This document shows, in pieces, positions 43,401 through 55,163 of a stretch of DNA of 64,000 nucleotides (its first letter is position 1; every line of letters starts with the position of its first letter). This DNA comes from Diplonema japonicum (Eukaryota; Protista; Euglenozoa: Diplonemea): positions 440,299-504,298 of the forward strand of contig OZ025710.1 in the NCBI GenBank assembly GCA_964019335.1. The letters run 5' to 3'. The notes under the pieces were generated by a model that was not told the DNA's origin, ran no database searches, and saw nothing but the letters and a program-made list of their open reading frames with translations. The translations under genes and the position numbers were made by a program.

Positions 43401-45147
43401 GGACATGAAGACGCTGCAGCGGAACATCACATGGCTACTAGTGCACTGGGCACACTTTAAACTCGTGCAGCCTATGTGCAACGCTCTGCGAGGGACGACA
43501 AAGAGTGGGAAGGACCTTGAGACAGGGTTGAAGCTGGAACACAAGACTTATTCGTACCTCTTAGGAGACACAATGGCAGCAAAATCAGTAGAGCACTCTC
43601 TACAGACTTACGGGAAACCGCACCTCACGGCGACAATGATGGGTGCAACTTTCGCAGGGAAGTCAACCCTTGTGGAGAACCTTGTGGGGCAAGAGCAGAA
43701 GAAACGGACTCCGGAAGGCGACGGCCCAGAGAGGACAGTGGACGGGGCCTACTACGACATGCCCGACGGTGGCGAGAGGCACGTGACACTGGTGGATGTC
43801 CCAGGGGACAGGGGGAGGTCGAAGAACTACTTTGCACACGCGTCCCACGGCAGTGCAGGGATCATGGTGGTCTCTGCTGACAACTTCGCTGCGGAATTCT
43901 TGAAAGACAAGCAGTTCGAGGGGAGGGGGCGCACACACGGCAACATGTGGCTGGTGGCGGGGAAGAAACACATCATCGTAGCCATCTCCAAGATGGACAA
44001 GGTAGGGTATGCACAGGAGGCATATGACAAGGCAGTGACAGCAGTCAAAGCCGGCCTCCCTAAGGCAATGCAGATGGTGTTTGTACCTGTGGACAAGAAA
44101 GGCGCGAATGTGCACGAGAAGTCCGACCTGACACCTTGGTACGAAGGGCCGTGTCTGAATGAGATGTTGCAGAAGAACGTAGTGATTCCAGATCTTGAGA
44201 AGAATAAGGCAATGAAAATGACTATCTCGCACCGCTACAAGGTTAAAGGGGTAGGCTACGTAGTTGTGGGGAAGGTAATGCAAGGCGTTCTCGAGAAAGA
44301 CGACGTCATCACGTTCCTAGGCACCTCCAGTGGGCCTATCGAGTCACGTGTGAAGTCCATCCAAACCCACCCCGGAAAAGTTCCCATTACGAGGGCCGAG
44401 GCAGGCGACGTGGTGGGCGTGTGCTTCGCAGCCTGTCATGACAGGCTCCCGACAGGTGGCTGTATTGCGGTTCACGATTACATGAAAAGCGAGTGCGTGC
44501 AGCACCACACAGCCGTAGTGCAGGGTACAGGGAAGCTTATAAAGCGTGGGATGGAGCTGCAGCTATACACCGACACTTCGCGTGACACAGTGCGCATTAC
44601 AGATGTGGAGATGCTGGACAGTCAAACCAAGGGCACAGGGAAGATACAGTTCCGCTCTCGGTACAGGGGCATTATCCTGCACAATGAAAGCAGGCTTGTC
44701 TTCATGGACGGGCCAGTGGTGGTGCTCTACGGGAAGGCAGACAATGGGGTCGTTGTTGTGGACGAGGAAGCGAAGAAGATGCTTTCCCAGGCAGCGAAGA
44801 AGAGGGAAACGGCTGTGCCCAGCAGGTTGGCAGCGCCACTGCGCCTTCCCCCCTGTCTAGTTGAGAACCCCTTGGGTGCCGTGTTGCAGGAGTTAGTGCT
44901 GAAGGACAGCCCCGCTCTCCAGCAGTTTGCCGAATCTGGACAGGCCCTCTCCTCCGAACAGCTGGCGCGTGTGACGAAGTCGCTGGCTGATTGCCGCCCT
45001 CCCACAGCATCTGTCCTCAAGGCCTTGTGCGAGGTCGCAGGGCTGTCCCTCACAGAGAACTCCTTTGCAGCCATCATCGAGGAACTCATCTTCGGTGAGG
45101 GTTCTGCTGCCGCCGAGTTTGCCATTCTCAAGAGGCTTGGTTTCTGA
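40453..45147 (+). CDS. 1564-aa fusion: TerD-like domain + unknown helical region + degenerate eEF1A-like GTPase (domains I-III) + C-terminal helical tail
   Basis: TerD-like FDL...LVYYNK...LTHSGDI.NG (about 40890-41265). eEF1A-like GATFAGKSTL, LVDVPGD, IIVAISKMD, FVPV, PWYEGPCL, YKVKGVGYVVVGKVMQGVL, VKSIQTH, AEAGDVVGV (about 43620-44735). Confidence 0.85.
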   Translation: MGDTKKGVIQKLRTLDKVVFSPLLDSIERCEEVGKQVLECGGYKQVGVLWQGTGGRIIVIMERTNKPEMLDISCLKHSEVVDDVRQGDIFENVDTYMTTMEAKLESQGVPDSKQYSIQLQDTGSKFTTTVTSDSVIVSAFSKLTPTYFDLCLRLNSSALVYYNKTVAGNLTHSGDIVNGHELLHTVKLRSCTADDVVVPFLTGYRSTPLRRFEEHRPVVVVWDHTTKECFVIRVPLDEVTIGDHTLCAPIVGRQGRDNMIHWEVLANPCVGSGAAPSFNSDSMASLERARESGSKTEPAKPGFLAKAANLFKKTLSSTDKPSVDVCETPAPKDVQVLVEGNKRKVVILHTEDVDPSFINIVPDVYIPFGGSMAFCDAAHNYHPDYHTAEGEVKQDKESVLLPCVVPGGLVGGLLLTAGKVCAPMKKGVDLAEFYRTTEMLVVVVSDRMIDAAREVNPDMRLNGLYIVVPSVDPPAAVFAEKNKMREYLLGLNMNAAMSLAGPQSFIVAGLKDPSTGLYRYFSLDGVGLRWLVESPVIPFEEVTAQMEDLREWVKSTTEADECVRSVGVLVDRRTAKVTFQGALYEVAALTKLFTELTIDDFTEAKTDMKEVLAQLRMLLDDSELKKLGKTLTTVLREKMVPAWQMTEEEKGSLDDMLAGNMKLSASYKEHKAKCNKTKAALQWLVEELGCMVSSSKAGTIGFNIQKLAKAQKVAANVGVALNMSLKDFTDLTEQHCGEAGAVVCSVNRDAMRELLAAVATTTFSDFASDKWEELMQRNPLSWDKPLFDANTVGALLEMTKEAKAHPLSQKAGCKSQTLALPNKFAEDTKSSLALFLLDRFIEMKDPYIAKWYAHADWRPVAVLRILLRSTISDASMCRDISPAISPTNKDLGFFLATVILAQIRQITERRSAGSEVAFDDTISQITRGLYGFVLCLLASTGTGQPLSTAWQIVSESTEVPNLPREHEWVYYGELAKNFHGTGWDMKTLQRNITWLLVHWAHFKLVQPMCNALRGTTKSGKDLETGLKLEHKTYSYLLGDTMAAKSVEHSLQTYGKPHLTATMMGATFAGKSTLVENLVGQEQKKRTPEGDGPERTVDGAYYDMPDGGERHVTLVDVPGDRGRSKNYFAHASHGSAGIMVVSADNFAAEFLKDKQFEGRGRTHGNMWLVAGKKHIIVAISKMDKVGYAQEAYDKAVTAVKAGLPKAMQMVFVPVDKKGANVHEKSDLTPWYEGPCLNEMLQKNVVIPDLEKNKAMKMTISHRYKVKGVGYVVVGKVMQGVLEKDDVITFLGTSSGPIESRVKSIQTHPGKVPITRAEAGDVVGVCFAACHDRLPTGGCIAVHDYMKSECVQHHTAVVQGTGKLIKRGMELQLYTDTSRDTVRITDVEMLDSQTKGTGKIQFRSRYRGIILHNESRLVFMDGPVVVLYGKADNGVVVVDEEAKKMLSQAAKKRETAVPSRLAAPLRLPPCLVENPLGAVLQELVLKDSPALQQFAESGQALSSEQLARVTKSLADCRPPTASVLKALCEVAGLSLTENSFAAIIEELIFGEGSAAAEFAILKRLGF

Positions 45148-45699
45148 CAAGAGAGAAATATCCAATAACCACTATCCTTCGCCTTCGAGCACTTTCGCGT
45201 GCTTGGGCTCGCTCTTTAATTCTTAAACTTTACTTCTCCCCCCTCCCCCCTTCTTTTTCTTCCTTCCTTTTGGTGAGCAAACACATCTTGGTACCAGGCG
45301 CCCCTGCTAAGCAGAGACACCGCATTTAAGAAACAGGAGAAGAGTCAAGTTGACAGGGCTTGTGCAGGGCGCCATCAACGTCTCATTTAGCTTTTATTTA
45401 TTTATTTATTTTTCTTTTTTTTTGCTGTTTAACTATTGTCGAGAGTAAGAAACTAGTTATTTTTATTTGGCAGCGCTAGTGGGTTTTTCCTCTTTTCCCC
45501 CCCTCTCTTATCAGAACCAATGTGCCCCTAGAAGCCTCTCTTTGGCTCGGGGACGGTTGACATGTCGTACCTTCTTTCTTCTAACCTTTCCAACACCTTC
45601 GAGCACATTCTGTGCTTGGGTTTTTGCCCTTTTTTTTTTATTATAATAACTCAGTACCCCTTTGGTGGAGCCTTGCAAGTGGTTCCTTGCTTCATTCTT

Positions 45700-45732
<33 letters not shown>

Positions 45733-45839
45733 CATATTGTCCTTACCTCAACTGTGATCAACACGGAAGCACTCTTATTTTAGTTATCATCAAATAAAAT
45801 CAACCACCAAGCCTCCAGGTCCCCAGGGCCTTGTCAACT

Positions 45840-48800
45840 ATGCACGCAAAGAAGATCATAGCGTTACTCGTATCTGCGGTTGTCTGTTATGTCCTAGTGA
45901 CAAACACAACAAAAATAAGGAAGAACCCCCGTGTTACAAGACCTTTAAGAAGATCCCTCCGAAAGCAGGAGAGGAGCCTGACAGAAGCAGAGCAGGAAAG
46001 GTGCAGTGCCGAGATAGCGGCACTTGAAAGCCTCAACCTCGATTTCACCATCGCCAAGATGCTGTCTGGCACTTCGCTTGCTGTGATGCGAGGCAGCGAC
46101 ATTGTGAGCAGCATGCTTCTGTCATCAGGGCTTTGGGAGCAGCAAGAAACAGCGAAGGCTTTCAAAGCATACGATTTAATGCAACAAAAGGAAAGCACCT
46201 GCGCACAGCCCCCCTGTGTGGACAAGGTGTTCCTTGATGTTGGTGCAAACCTCGGGACGTGGACCTTCTACGCCGCGCAACACGGCTACCACACTGTCTC
46301 TGTGGAGGGGTCGCCACCCAACTTCGCACTTCTTCAGCTCAGTAAATGTTTGAACCCTGATTTGGCACCCAGAATCAACCTTATAAATGCTTTTGTGAGC
46401 GAAGGACATGAGCACTGCCTGATTATGTGTGATCTTTCGAATCAGGGCGATGTCATGCTCAACTGCCAAGACCATGAGTGGACTGAACCCGAGATGGTGA
46501 CACACAGGGAAATGCTACGCGTGAAGGAGAGGAGGATGAACGTTCTCCTGACACGCACAATGACAAGGAGGCTGGACGATGTGATTGCTGAGGCACTTGC
46601 GGCCCACCCGAACTTCCCGAATGTGTTCCGTGGGATGAAGATCGACATTGAGAGTTCTGAGCTGATGGCCATGAGGGGAGCACCCAAGCTTCTTGCAGGT
46701 CAAGGGGCTGCTGAGCTTCCCATCATCTTCAGTGAGGTGTGGTATCACATCCGTGGTGGGCCCCAACCTGATGCTTACTTCCAGCTGATGAGGGCAGCTG
46801 GTTACGAACTTCGTGATCCTTCTTGCCTGTGGGTGTGGTTCGCTGAGCAAGATGCAGCCACCCTTGCAAGGATCATGAAGAACGGCATCGAGAACGTGGT
46901 ATGCAGATGGAAAACAAAAAGATCTAAATATTTTTCAGTGCTTCGTCAAGAAGGGTTCGATACCTGCTCCGGTACCTCAGCCACCTCCAGAAGTCGCACT
47001 GCCTCCTCCGGTGGTACCAGCCCCAGTGCCAGTACCAGAGCCAGCCCCAGTACCAGTGCCAGTACCAGTGCCAGCCCCAGTTGTACTTGCTAAACATGAA
47101 AGGCACATCACTGATGCTGAGCGTCAAACGTGCAGCGCAGAGATTGCGGCACTTGTGGGTCTCAACATTGAGTACGCAATTGTCAAGACGCCATTGGGGA
47201 TCTCGCTTGCGGTAATGAGAGGCAACGACATAGTGAGCAAGGCACTGCTTGAGTACGGGCAGTGGGAGCACCCTGACACAGTGCAGGCCTTCGAGGCCTA
47301 CAACAGGGCAGTGGAGCACAGAGAGAAAGGTACATGCGCACAGCCCCCCTGTGTGGACAAGGTGTTCCTTGATGTTGGTACAAACCTCGGGACATGGTCT
47401 TTCTATGCAGCACTGCAGGGAATGCACACTGTCTCTGTGGAGGGGTCACCACCCAACTTCGCACTTCTTCAGCTCAGCAAATGTTTGAACCCTGAATTGG
47501 CACCCAGAATCAACCTAGTGGACAGCTTTGTGAGCGAAGGCTCTGAGTACTGCCTGGTTGTGTGCGACCTTGCGAACCAGGGTGACGTCGCTCTCAACTG
47601 CCAAGCAGAGGAATGGACAGAACCTGCGATCGACAGCTACAAGGCTGAGTTCACGAAGCACGACCGCAACGTGCGGCTGACACGCACCACGACAAAGAGG
47701 TTGGACGACATTGTTGCTCAGGTGTTCCAAGAGCACCCGAACTTCCCGAATGTGTTCCATGGGATGAAGATCGACATTGAAGGGTCTGAGCTGATGGCCA
47801 TGAGGGGGTCACCCAAGCTTCTTGCAGGTCAGGGGGCTGCTGAGCTTCCCATCATCTTCAGTGAGGTGTGGTATCAGATCCGTGGTGGGCCCCACCCTGA
47901 TGCTTACTTCAAGATGATGAGGGAGGCTGGCTACGAACTCCGCGACCATACTTGTGGCACTGTGTGGCCTGCTGAAAAGGATACGAAAATCGTGACAAGA
48001 TTGAGCAGTTCAAACATTGAGAATGTGGTATGAAGCAGAAGAAGAAATAAAACAAACTAACAGTGCTTCGTGAAAAAGGCCGTGTCTGCACGCTTGGCTG
48101 GCCCACCGCTGCCCCCACTGCGTGCCCACGAGAGGCGGATAACTGACGAAGAACGCCAGAGGTGCAGTGCCGAGATAGCGGCACTCGACGAGCTCAGCAT
48201 CTCATTCACTGTTGCCAAAGCGGCGATGGGAGCATCCATTGCTGTGATGGCAAGCAATGACATTGTGAGCCAGTTCCTTGTGACATCCGGGAAATGGGAA
48301 CAGTCCGAGACCGTGAAAGCCTTCCAGGAATACGATGTCGTTATGCAACAGAAAGCCAAGGGTACCTGCGCACAGCCCCCCTGTGTGGACAAGGTGTTCC
48401 TTGATGTTGGTGCAAACCTCGGGACGTGGACCTTCTACGCAGCACTGCACGGCTACCACACTGTCTCTGTGGAGGGGTCACCACCCAACTTCGCACTTCT
48501 TCAGCTCAGTAAATGTTTGAACCCTGATTTGGCACCCAGAATCAACTTCGTGGACAGCTTTGTGAACGAAGGCTCTGAGCACTGCCTGGTTGTGTGCGAC
48601 CTTGCGAACCAAGGCGATGTGACTCTCAACTGCAAAGCAGAGGAATGGACAGAACCTGCCATGACGGCCTACAAGGCTGAGTTCACGAAGCACAACCGCA
48701 ACGTGCGGCTGACACGCACAATGACAAGGCAGCTGGACACCATCATCGCTCAGGTGTTGGAAGAGCACCCGAACTTCCCGAATGTGTTCCATGGGATGAA

Positions 48801-49063
48801 GATCGACATTGAAGGGTCTGAGCTGATGGCCATGAGGGGAGCACCCAAGCTTCTTGCAGGTCAAGGGGCTGCTGAGCTTCCCATCATCTTCAGTGAGGTG
48901 TGGTATCACATCCGTGGTGGGCCCCAACCTGATGCTTACTTCCAGCTGATGAGGGCAGCTGGCTACGAACTCCGCGACCCTACCTGTAAGAATGTGTGGC
49001 CTGCTGAGCAGGATCCTGCCACGCTCAACAGGATGAAGAGAACACTCATTGAGAATGTGGTAT

Positions 49064-49102
<39 letters not shown>

Positions 49103-49140
49103 TTCAAACAACATAACCATAGTGCTTTGTGAAGAAATAG
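45840..49140 (+). CDS. Type II membrane protein with three FkbM-family (Methyltransf_21) domains, about 1053 aa; exons 45840-46898, 46939-48027, 48064-49059, 49123-49140
   Basis: N-terminal TM anchor. Each domain has FLDVG.NLGTW, VSVEGSPPN, MKIDIE.SE and IFSEVW. The same phase-0 GTATG...AG intron at ENV|CFVK joins the ORF-track fragments in frame through Pro-Val linkers. Confidence 0.85.
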
Positions 49141-50907
49141 GCATGGTTGGCATAAAAGAGTTAAGGAGCTTAAAGGGAGATAAAAGGTAGCGAAGAGAGG
49201 TGAAGATTTAAAAAAAAAAAAAAAAAAAAAGAAACTCTTCGTGTTGTGCTATTGCACGCTGAAGAAAGGAAGAAGATTCGTGCTATCTGGGAGGGGGGAA
49301 GGAGATCTTTAGTTTAATAGTTAGCCCTTCTTCTCACAAAGGCAGGGGGGGGATTGATAAGTTTCGGTGAACGGGTGGGTGCTCACCGTGAAAAAAGAAA
49401 AGAAAAGAAAAAAAGAATACTGTAAAATTTCTTAAGCTTGTCCTGGTTACTACTCATTCTTGTTTCTTTACTTCGCAGGAGGCTGTGCTCATGCGGAATT
49501 GTCGCTTATCTTTACTTTGAGTTTACTCCCCCCCAAGGGGTAAACTCTTAGGGCTCAAAATCTTTTTAAGGAATGCTACATCAAGAACGTAGGTCCACTG
49601 CAGGGATAAAAAATAAAATAAAAAAAGAGAGAAAAAAAAAAAAACTTTCAATTCATTTACACGTCCTACAGAACTTTATTCTAATGACCCTTTCCTGCCC
49701 TCAAAAAAAGAAAGAAAAAAAAAAAAAAAGAAAAAGAAAAGGAAAAAAGAACCCCGGACTATTTGACACTGAATAGTCTTCTCTTTGAGGCGGCAGGTAT
49801 TCGGCTACAAGAAAAAAAAGGAAGAAAAAAAAAGGAAAAGACGAGAACAGGTGGACCGTAATTTGAATTTTCACATTAAAAGGGGGGAGAGGAGCCAGGG
49901 AAACTTTTTCTACTATAGGAGAAGAGCTGGTTTCGCGTTTAAAAATATGTTCTTTTTTTATTTAAATTTATTTTTTTTTATTTGCCGCTCATATCTCTAT
50001 ATTTGCTGAAAGCATCTATTTTGTGACAGGATGATGGAGAATTGGCCTATTTGCATCGGAGATATGAGCGACAAAAAAAAAAAAAAAACTTTTAATGAGG
50101 TTTACAGTATTTCTAATTTTTATTTCTTTCCCCTTTTTTGCAAGAAAGCCATGTGAGTTACGGGTTATAAAGAGGCAACTGTAGTGGCAATTTGTTGCTT
50201 AACCTGTGGCCGGTTCTACCGGCCTTATACAAATAACTAGTGCCGGCTTGTCTTCCCCCCCCCTTTTTTTTTCCTTCCCCCCTGCCGCGCTCGCAAACAA
50301 GCCTGTCATTTTCCTTCTCGCCCTTCTACCTTTTGTCATCATCTGGGTAGCCTGGGTCTTTAACACTGCGGGTTAGAATTTTTTTTTCTCATTTTTTAAC
50401 TTAATTTTTTTCATTTTCTCATTCTCTTTGTTTTTTTTATTCTCCCCCCCCCCCCCAGGCTGGATTGTCTTTTTATTTCAAGTTAATTCAAGTTTTTTTC
50501 TTCTCTCCATGCCCTTTGTCGTTCCCCCCCCCCCTTTTTTTTGCGCTGTTAAGAATTGCTGAAAGTCAAATCGAAAACTGGGCAAGTCCTCAACGAATTG
50601 TTGCGCGAAACGAAAATTCAGACTTGCCCCTCCCCTTTATGAAAAACGGCTAGCACCAGTGATCAATAGGCAGCAGCTGGGGAGTTTTTTTTTTTTTTTT
50701 TTTTTTTTTTTGGTGTAAAATTGTCGATTGTCACCACCAATACCGACAATTTGCCTCCAATAAAAGCCCAGTGATGCTGCAAAGAAGAAAAAGTAGCCAC
50801 GTTACGGTGAGTTTGTTTTTGCAATTCTTCTTCTTTTTTTTTTTTTCTTCTCGTCCCTCCTTCTTCCTCCTTCGCTTCTCCCCCACCACACACAGGGGGA
50901 TATAAAG

Positions 50908-53900
50908 ATGCGTTCAAAATGGATAATAGGCGCTGTTGTAGTTTCTGCGGTCTTCTTCATCTTGCTATCCAATCCCGGTGTGAAGGCAAGGTACGCGGCG
51001 AGAAATATAGTGAAGCAGCAACACTCGACAAGCAAGAAACGGAATCGAGAGAGAGACCTAACGGATGAAGAGCAGCAGAGGTGCTCCGCGGAGATCAACA
51101 GATTGGAAGACATGAAAGTGCAGTTCGCAATAGCCACCACAATTACTGATGTTTCGCTTGCTGTGATGGCAAGCCGTGACCTTGTCAGCAACAACCTCCT
51201 AGACCACGGGCAGTGGGAGCACCACGAAACCGTGACCTCCATCAAGGCCTATGAGGCAGCAATGCAACAGCAGGCGAAGGGTACCTGCGCACAGCCCCCC
51301 TGTGTGGACAAGGTGTTCCTTGATGTTGGTGTAAACCTTGGATCATGGACCTTCTACGCAGCGCAAGAAGGCTACCACACTGTCTCTGTGGAGGGGTCGC
51401 CACCCAACTTCGCACTTCTTCAGCTCAGCAAATGTTTGAACCCTGTATTAGCACCCAGAATCAACTTAGTGGAGAGCTTTGTGAATGAAGGCTCTGAGCA
51501 CTGCCTGGTTGTGTGCGACCTTGCGAACCAAGGCGATGTGAGTCTGAACTGCAAAGCAGAGGAATGGACAGAACCTGCCATGACGGCCTACAAGGCTGAG
51601 TTCACGAAGCACAACCGCAACGTGCGGCTGACACGCACAATGACAAGGAAACTAGATGATGTGATTGCCGAGGCACTTGCGGCCCACCCGAACTTCCCGA
51701 ATGTGTTCCATGGGGTGAAGATCGACATTGAAGGGTCTGAGCTGATGGCCATGAGGGGAGCACCCAAGCTTCTTGCAGGTCAAGGGGCTGCTGAGCTTCC
51801 CATCATCTTCAGTGAGGTGTGGTATCACATCCGTGGTGGGCCCCACCCTGATGCCTACTTCCAGCTGATGAGGGCAGCTGGTTACGAACTCCGCGACCCT
51901 ACCTGCCAGCATGTGTGGCCTGCCGAGCAAGACGCAGAGGCTGTCACTCGGTTAAGCACTACGAACATCGAGAATGTGGTATGTGAATGGTAAACAAAAA
52001 ATCGATAACTAACAGTGTTTCATGAAGCAGCGCCTTCCCGCGACCGTGGCGGTCGTTCCTCTGACTCCACCACCCACTCTACCTCCCGCACTCCCCAGAC
52101 CAAGGCATCCTCTTAGGAGGCACGAGAGGTACATTACGGACGAAGAGCTTCAGAGGTGCAATGTAGAGATCGCGGCACTCGACGCGCTCAAAATTGACTT
52201 CGCCATCGCCAAGATGGTGACAGGAGCCTCGTTAGCTGTGATGCGAGGCAGCGACATTGTGAGTGGCATGCTTCTATCATCCGGCACGTGGGAACATTCT
52301 GAGACCGTGAAAGCCTTCCAAGCATACGACAGACTTATGCAACAGAAAGCCAAGGGTACCTGCGCACAGCCCCCCTGTGTGGACAAGGTGTTCCTTGACA
52401 TTGGTACAAACCTCGGGACATGGTCTTTCTACGCAGCACTGCAGGGAATGCACACTGTCTCTGTGGAGGGGTCACCACCCAACTTCGCACTTCTTCAGCT
52501 CAGCAAATGTTTGAACCCTCTATTGGCACCCAGAATCAACCTTATACATGCTTTTGTGAGCGAAGGCTCTGAGTACTGCCTGATTATGTGTGATCTTTCG
52601 AATCAGGGCGACATCATGCTCAACTGCCAAGACCATGAGTGGACGGAACCCGAGTTGACGGCACACAGGGAAATGCTACGCGTGAAGGAGGGCAGGAAGA
52701 ACGTTCTCCTGACACGCACAATGACAAGGAGGCTGGACGATGTGGTTGCCGAGGCACTTGCGGCCCACCCGAACTTCCCGAATGTGTTCCATGGGATGAA
52801 GATCGACATTGAGAGTTCTGAGCTGATGGCCATGAGGGGGTCACCCAAGCTTCTTGGAGGGCAGGGAGCTGCTGAGCTTCCCGTCATCTTCAGTGAGGTG
52901 TGGTGGGAGATCCGTGGTGGGCCCCACCCTGATGCTTACTTCCAGCTGATGAGGGCTCATGGCTACGACCTTCGTGACCCCACCTGTCAGCATGCGTGGC
53001 CTGCGACGCAAGATGCAGCCGTGGTCGCAAGGTTGGGGAGAACGCGTATGGAGAACTTGGTATGGTAGTGATGTTCTTCCCAAAAATAAAAATAAAAATA
53101 AAAATAGTGCTTCGTGAAGTTGGGCGTGGCAGCAACGACACCCCTCGTTCCTGCCCCCGTAGTCCCCGTCCCCGTCCCCATCCCGCCCCCTGTCCCAGTG
53201 CCCACACCACGGATCCATCTGCAACGACATGAAAGGCTCTTGACCGACGAAGAACGTCAAACGTGCAGCGCAGAGATCGCAGCACTCGACGAGCTCAAGA
53301 TCACCTATGCCATCGCCAAGATGACAACAGGTGTGTCCCTTGCCGTGATCCGAGGCAGCGACATTGTGAGTGGCGTACTTCTGACAAGCGGCCTTTGGGA
53401 AAACGCAGAGATGATACAAGCCTTCCAGGCCTACAACAGGATCATGCAGCACAATCCAAATGGCACCTGCGCACAGCCCCCCTGTGTGGACAAGGTGTTC
53501 CTTGATGTTGGTGCAAACCTCGGGACGTGGACCGTCTACGCGGCACTGCACGGCTACCACACTGTCTCTGTGGAGGGGTCACCACCCAACTTCGCACTTC
53601 TTCAGCTCAGCAAATGTTTGAACCCTCTATTGGCACCCAGAATCAACCTTATACATGCTTTTGTGAGCGAAGGCTCTGAGCACTGCCTGATTATGTGCGA
53701 TCTTTCGAATCAGGGCGACATCATGCTCAACTGCCAAGACCATGAGTGGACTGAACCCGAGATGGTGGTGCACAGGGAAATGCTACGCGTGAAGGAGGGC
53801 AGGAGGAACGTTCTCCTTAAACCCACAGTGACAAGGAGGCTGGACGATGTGATTGCTGAGGCACTTGCGGCCCACCCGAACTTCCCGAATGTGTTCCATG

Positions 53901-54238
53901 GGATGAAGATCGACATTGAGAGTTCTGAGCTGATGGCCATGAGGGGGTCACCCAAGCTTCTTGGAGGGCAGGGGGCTGCTGAGCTTCCCGTCATCTTCAG
54001 TGAGGTGTGGTATCAGATCCGTGGTGGGCCCCACCCTGATGCTTACTTCCAGCTGATGAGGGCTCATGGCTACGAACTCCGCGACACCACTTGTCAGAAT
54101 GTGTCACCTGCAGAGCAGGACAGGGCTGCGGTTGCCAGAATACAAAGGCACAGAATAGAGAATGTGGTATGCATAAGAGTGTTTCTGATCATAAACAATA
54201 CATCACAGTGTTTCGTCAAAAGCAAGCCTGTGCCATAG
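50908..54238 (+). CDS. Second triple-FkbM type II membrane protein, about 1067 aa; exons 50908-51978, 52016-53059, 53108-54166, 54209-54238
   Basis: Same architecture and the same intron position in each domain (37, 48 and 42 nt). N-terminal TM anchor. Confidence 0.85.
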
Positions 54239-55129
54239 CGAAGCAAGGTCGATGTTAGGCATTTTATTATTATAATTATGGTTTTTTTTTCTTTTTTTTT
54301 TCTTTCTTCTCTTTCTTTACTGGAACAAGTATATACTTTGGAAAATTGTTCCAACTCTTCTTTTTAGCACGAACAACAAATAGAAAGAACTGCAACTTGC
54401 CAAGTAGCCTCGGGATCAGCTGTCTTGTGCCTGCCCCCCCCCACTTTTTTTCCAACTCGTGCAAGTCGCGAGGTGTGGGGGGCCCTCCTACTCTTTTTCT
54501 TCATCCCTTTTCACCGTAACACACTTGCAACTAAACCTCCCTTCCCCTTTTTTTTTTCTTTTTTTTTTTTTCTTTTTTTTGCCGACTGTTTCCGAAAGGG
54601 TGAAATGCAGATCCGTCACGTTTTAGTTTTGATCCATTATGTGTGGTTTTTCTTTCTTCCTCCCCCCCCCCCCCCCCCGGTTTTTTCCGTTTGGTGATTT
54701 CCCTTAGTCCTGTGTGCAGCAAGCAGTTAGGGGAGCCCGCAGTCCGCAGTCCGCGTGGTTATTTTACCTGTTTACGTTGAGTCTTAAACAGAGGGGCAGA
54801 GGGAAACTTCTGCGCATAGAATCTATTTTAACCATTGAAGGACGAAGCACTAGATATCTAGCGATCAAAAAAAATTAACCCGGGTCTGCGGTATAATGTA
54901 AATATGTTTTTTTTTTTTTGTTTACTTGAACAAGAAAGAGCAGTGGTAGCATTGTTGGGCTTATCTTTTTCTACAGGGTAATCCCTGGCTGTTCAATCGA
55001 CAATCAATCGACTCTTTTTTTCGGGAGTTTTTTTTAAATATGCTCCTGGACGTGATAACGGGAAATCTTTTGAATGGATAAAATTATGGAACTCCCCCCA
55101 CCAACAAAAAAATACGGGTATTTTTTTTT

Positions 55130-55163
<34 letters not shown>

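Noticed and set aside
43620-44735. Calling this a functional eEF1A, HBS1 or eRF3 gene
   Set aside because: It is embedded in a 1564-aa ORF, lacks the catalytic His and G5, and is far too divergent for a housekeeping factor.
45831-54238. Six separate methyltransferase genes, as the ORF track suggests
   Set aside because: Downstream ORFs mostly lack ATG starts and all lack anchors, and they join in frame through identically placed GT-AG introns.
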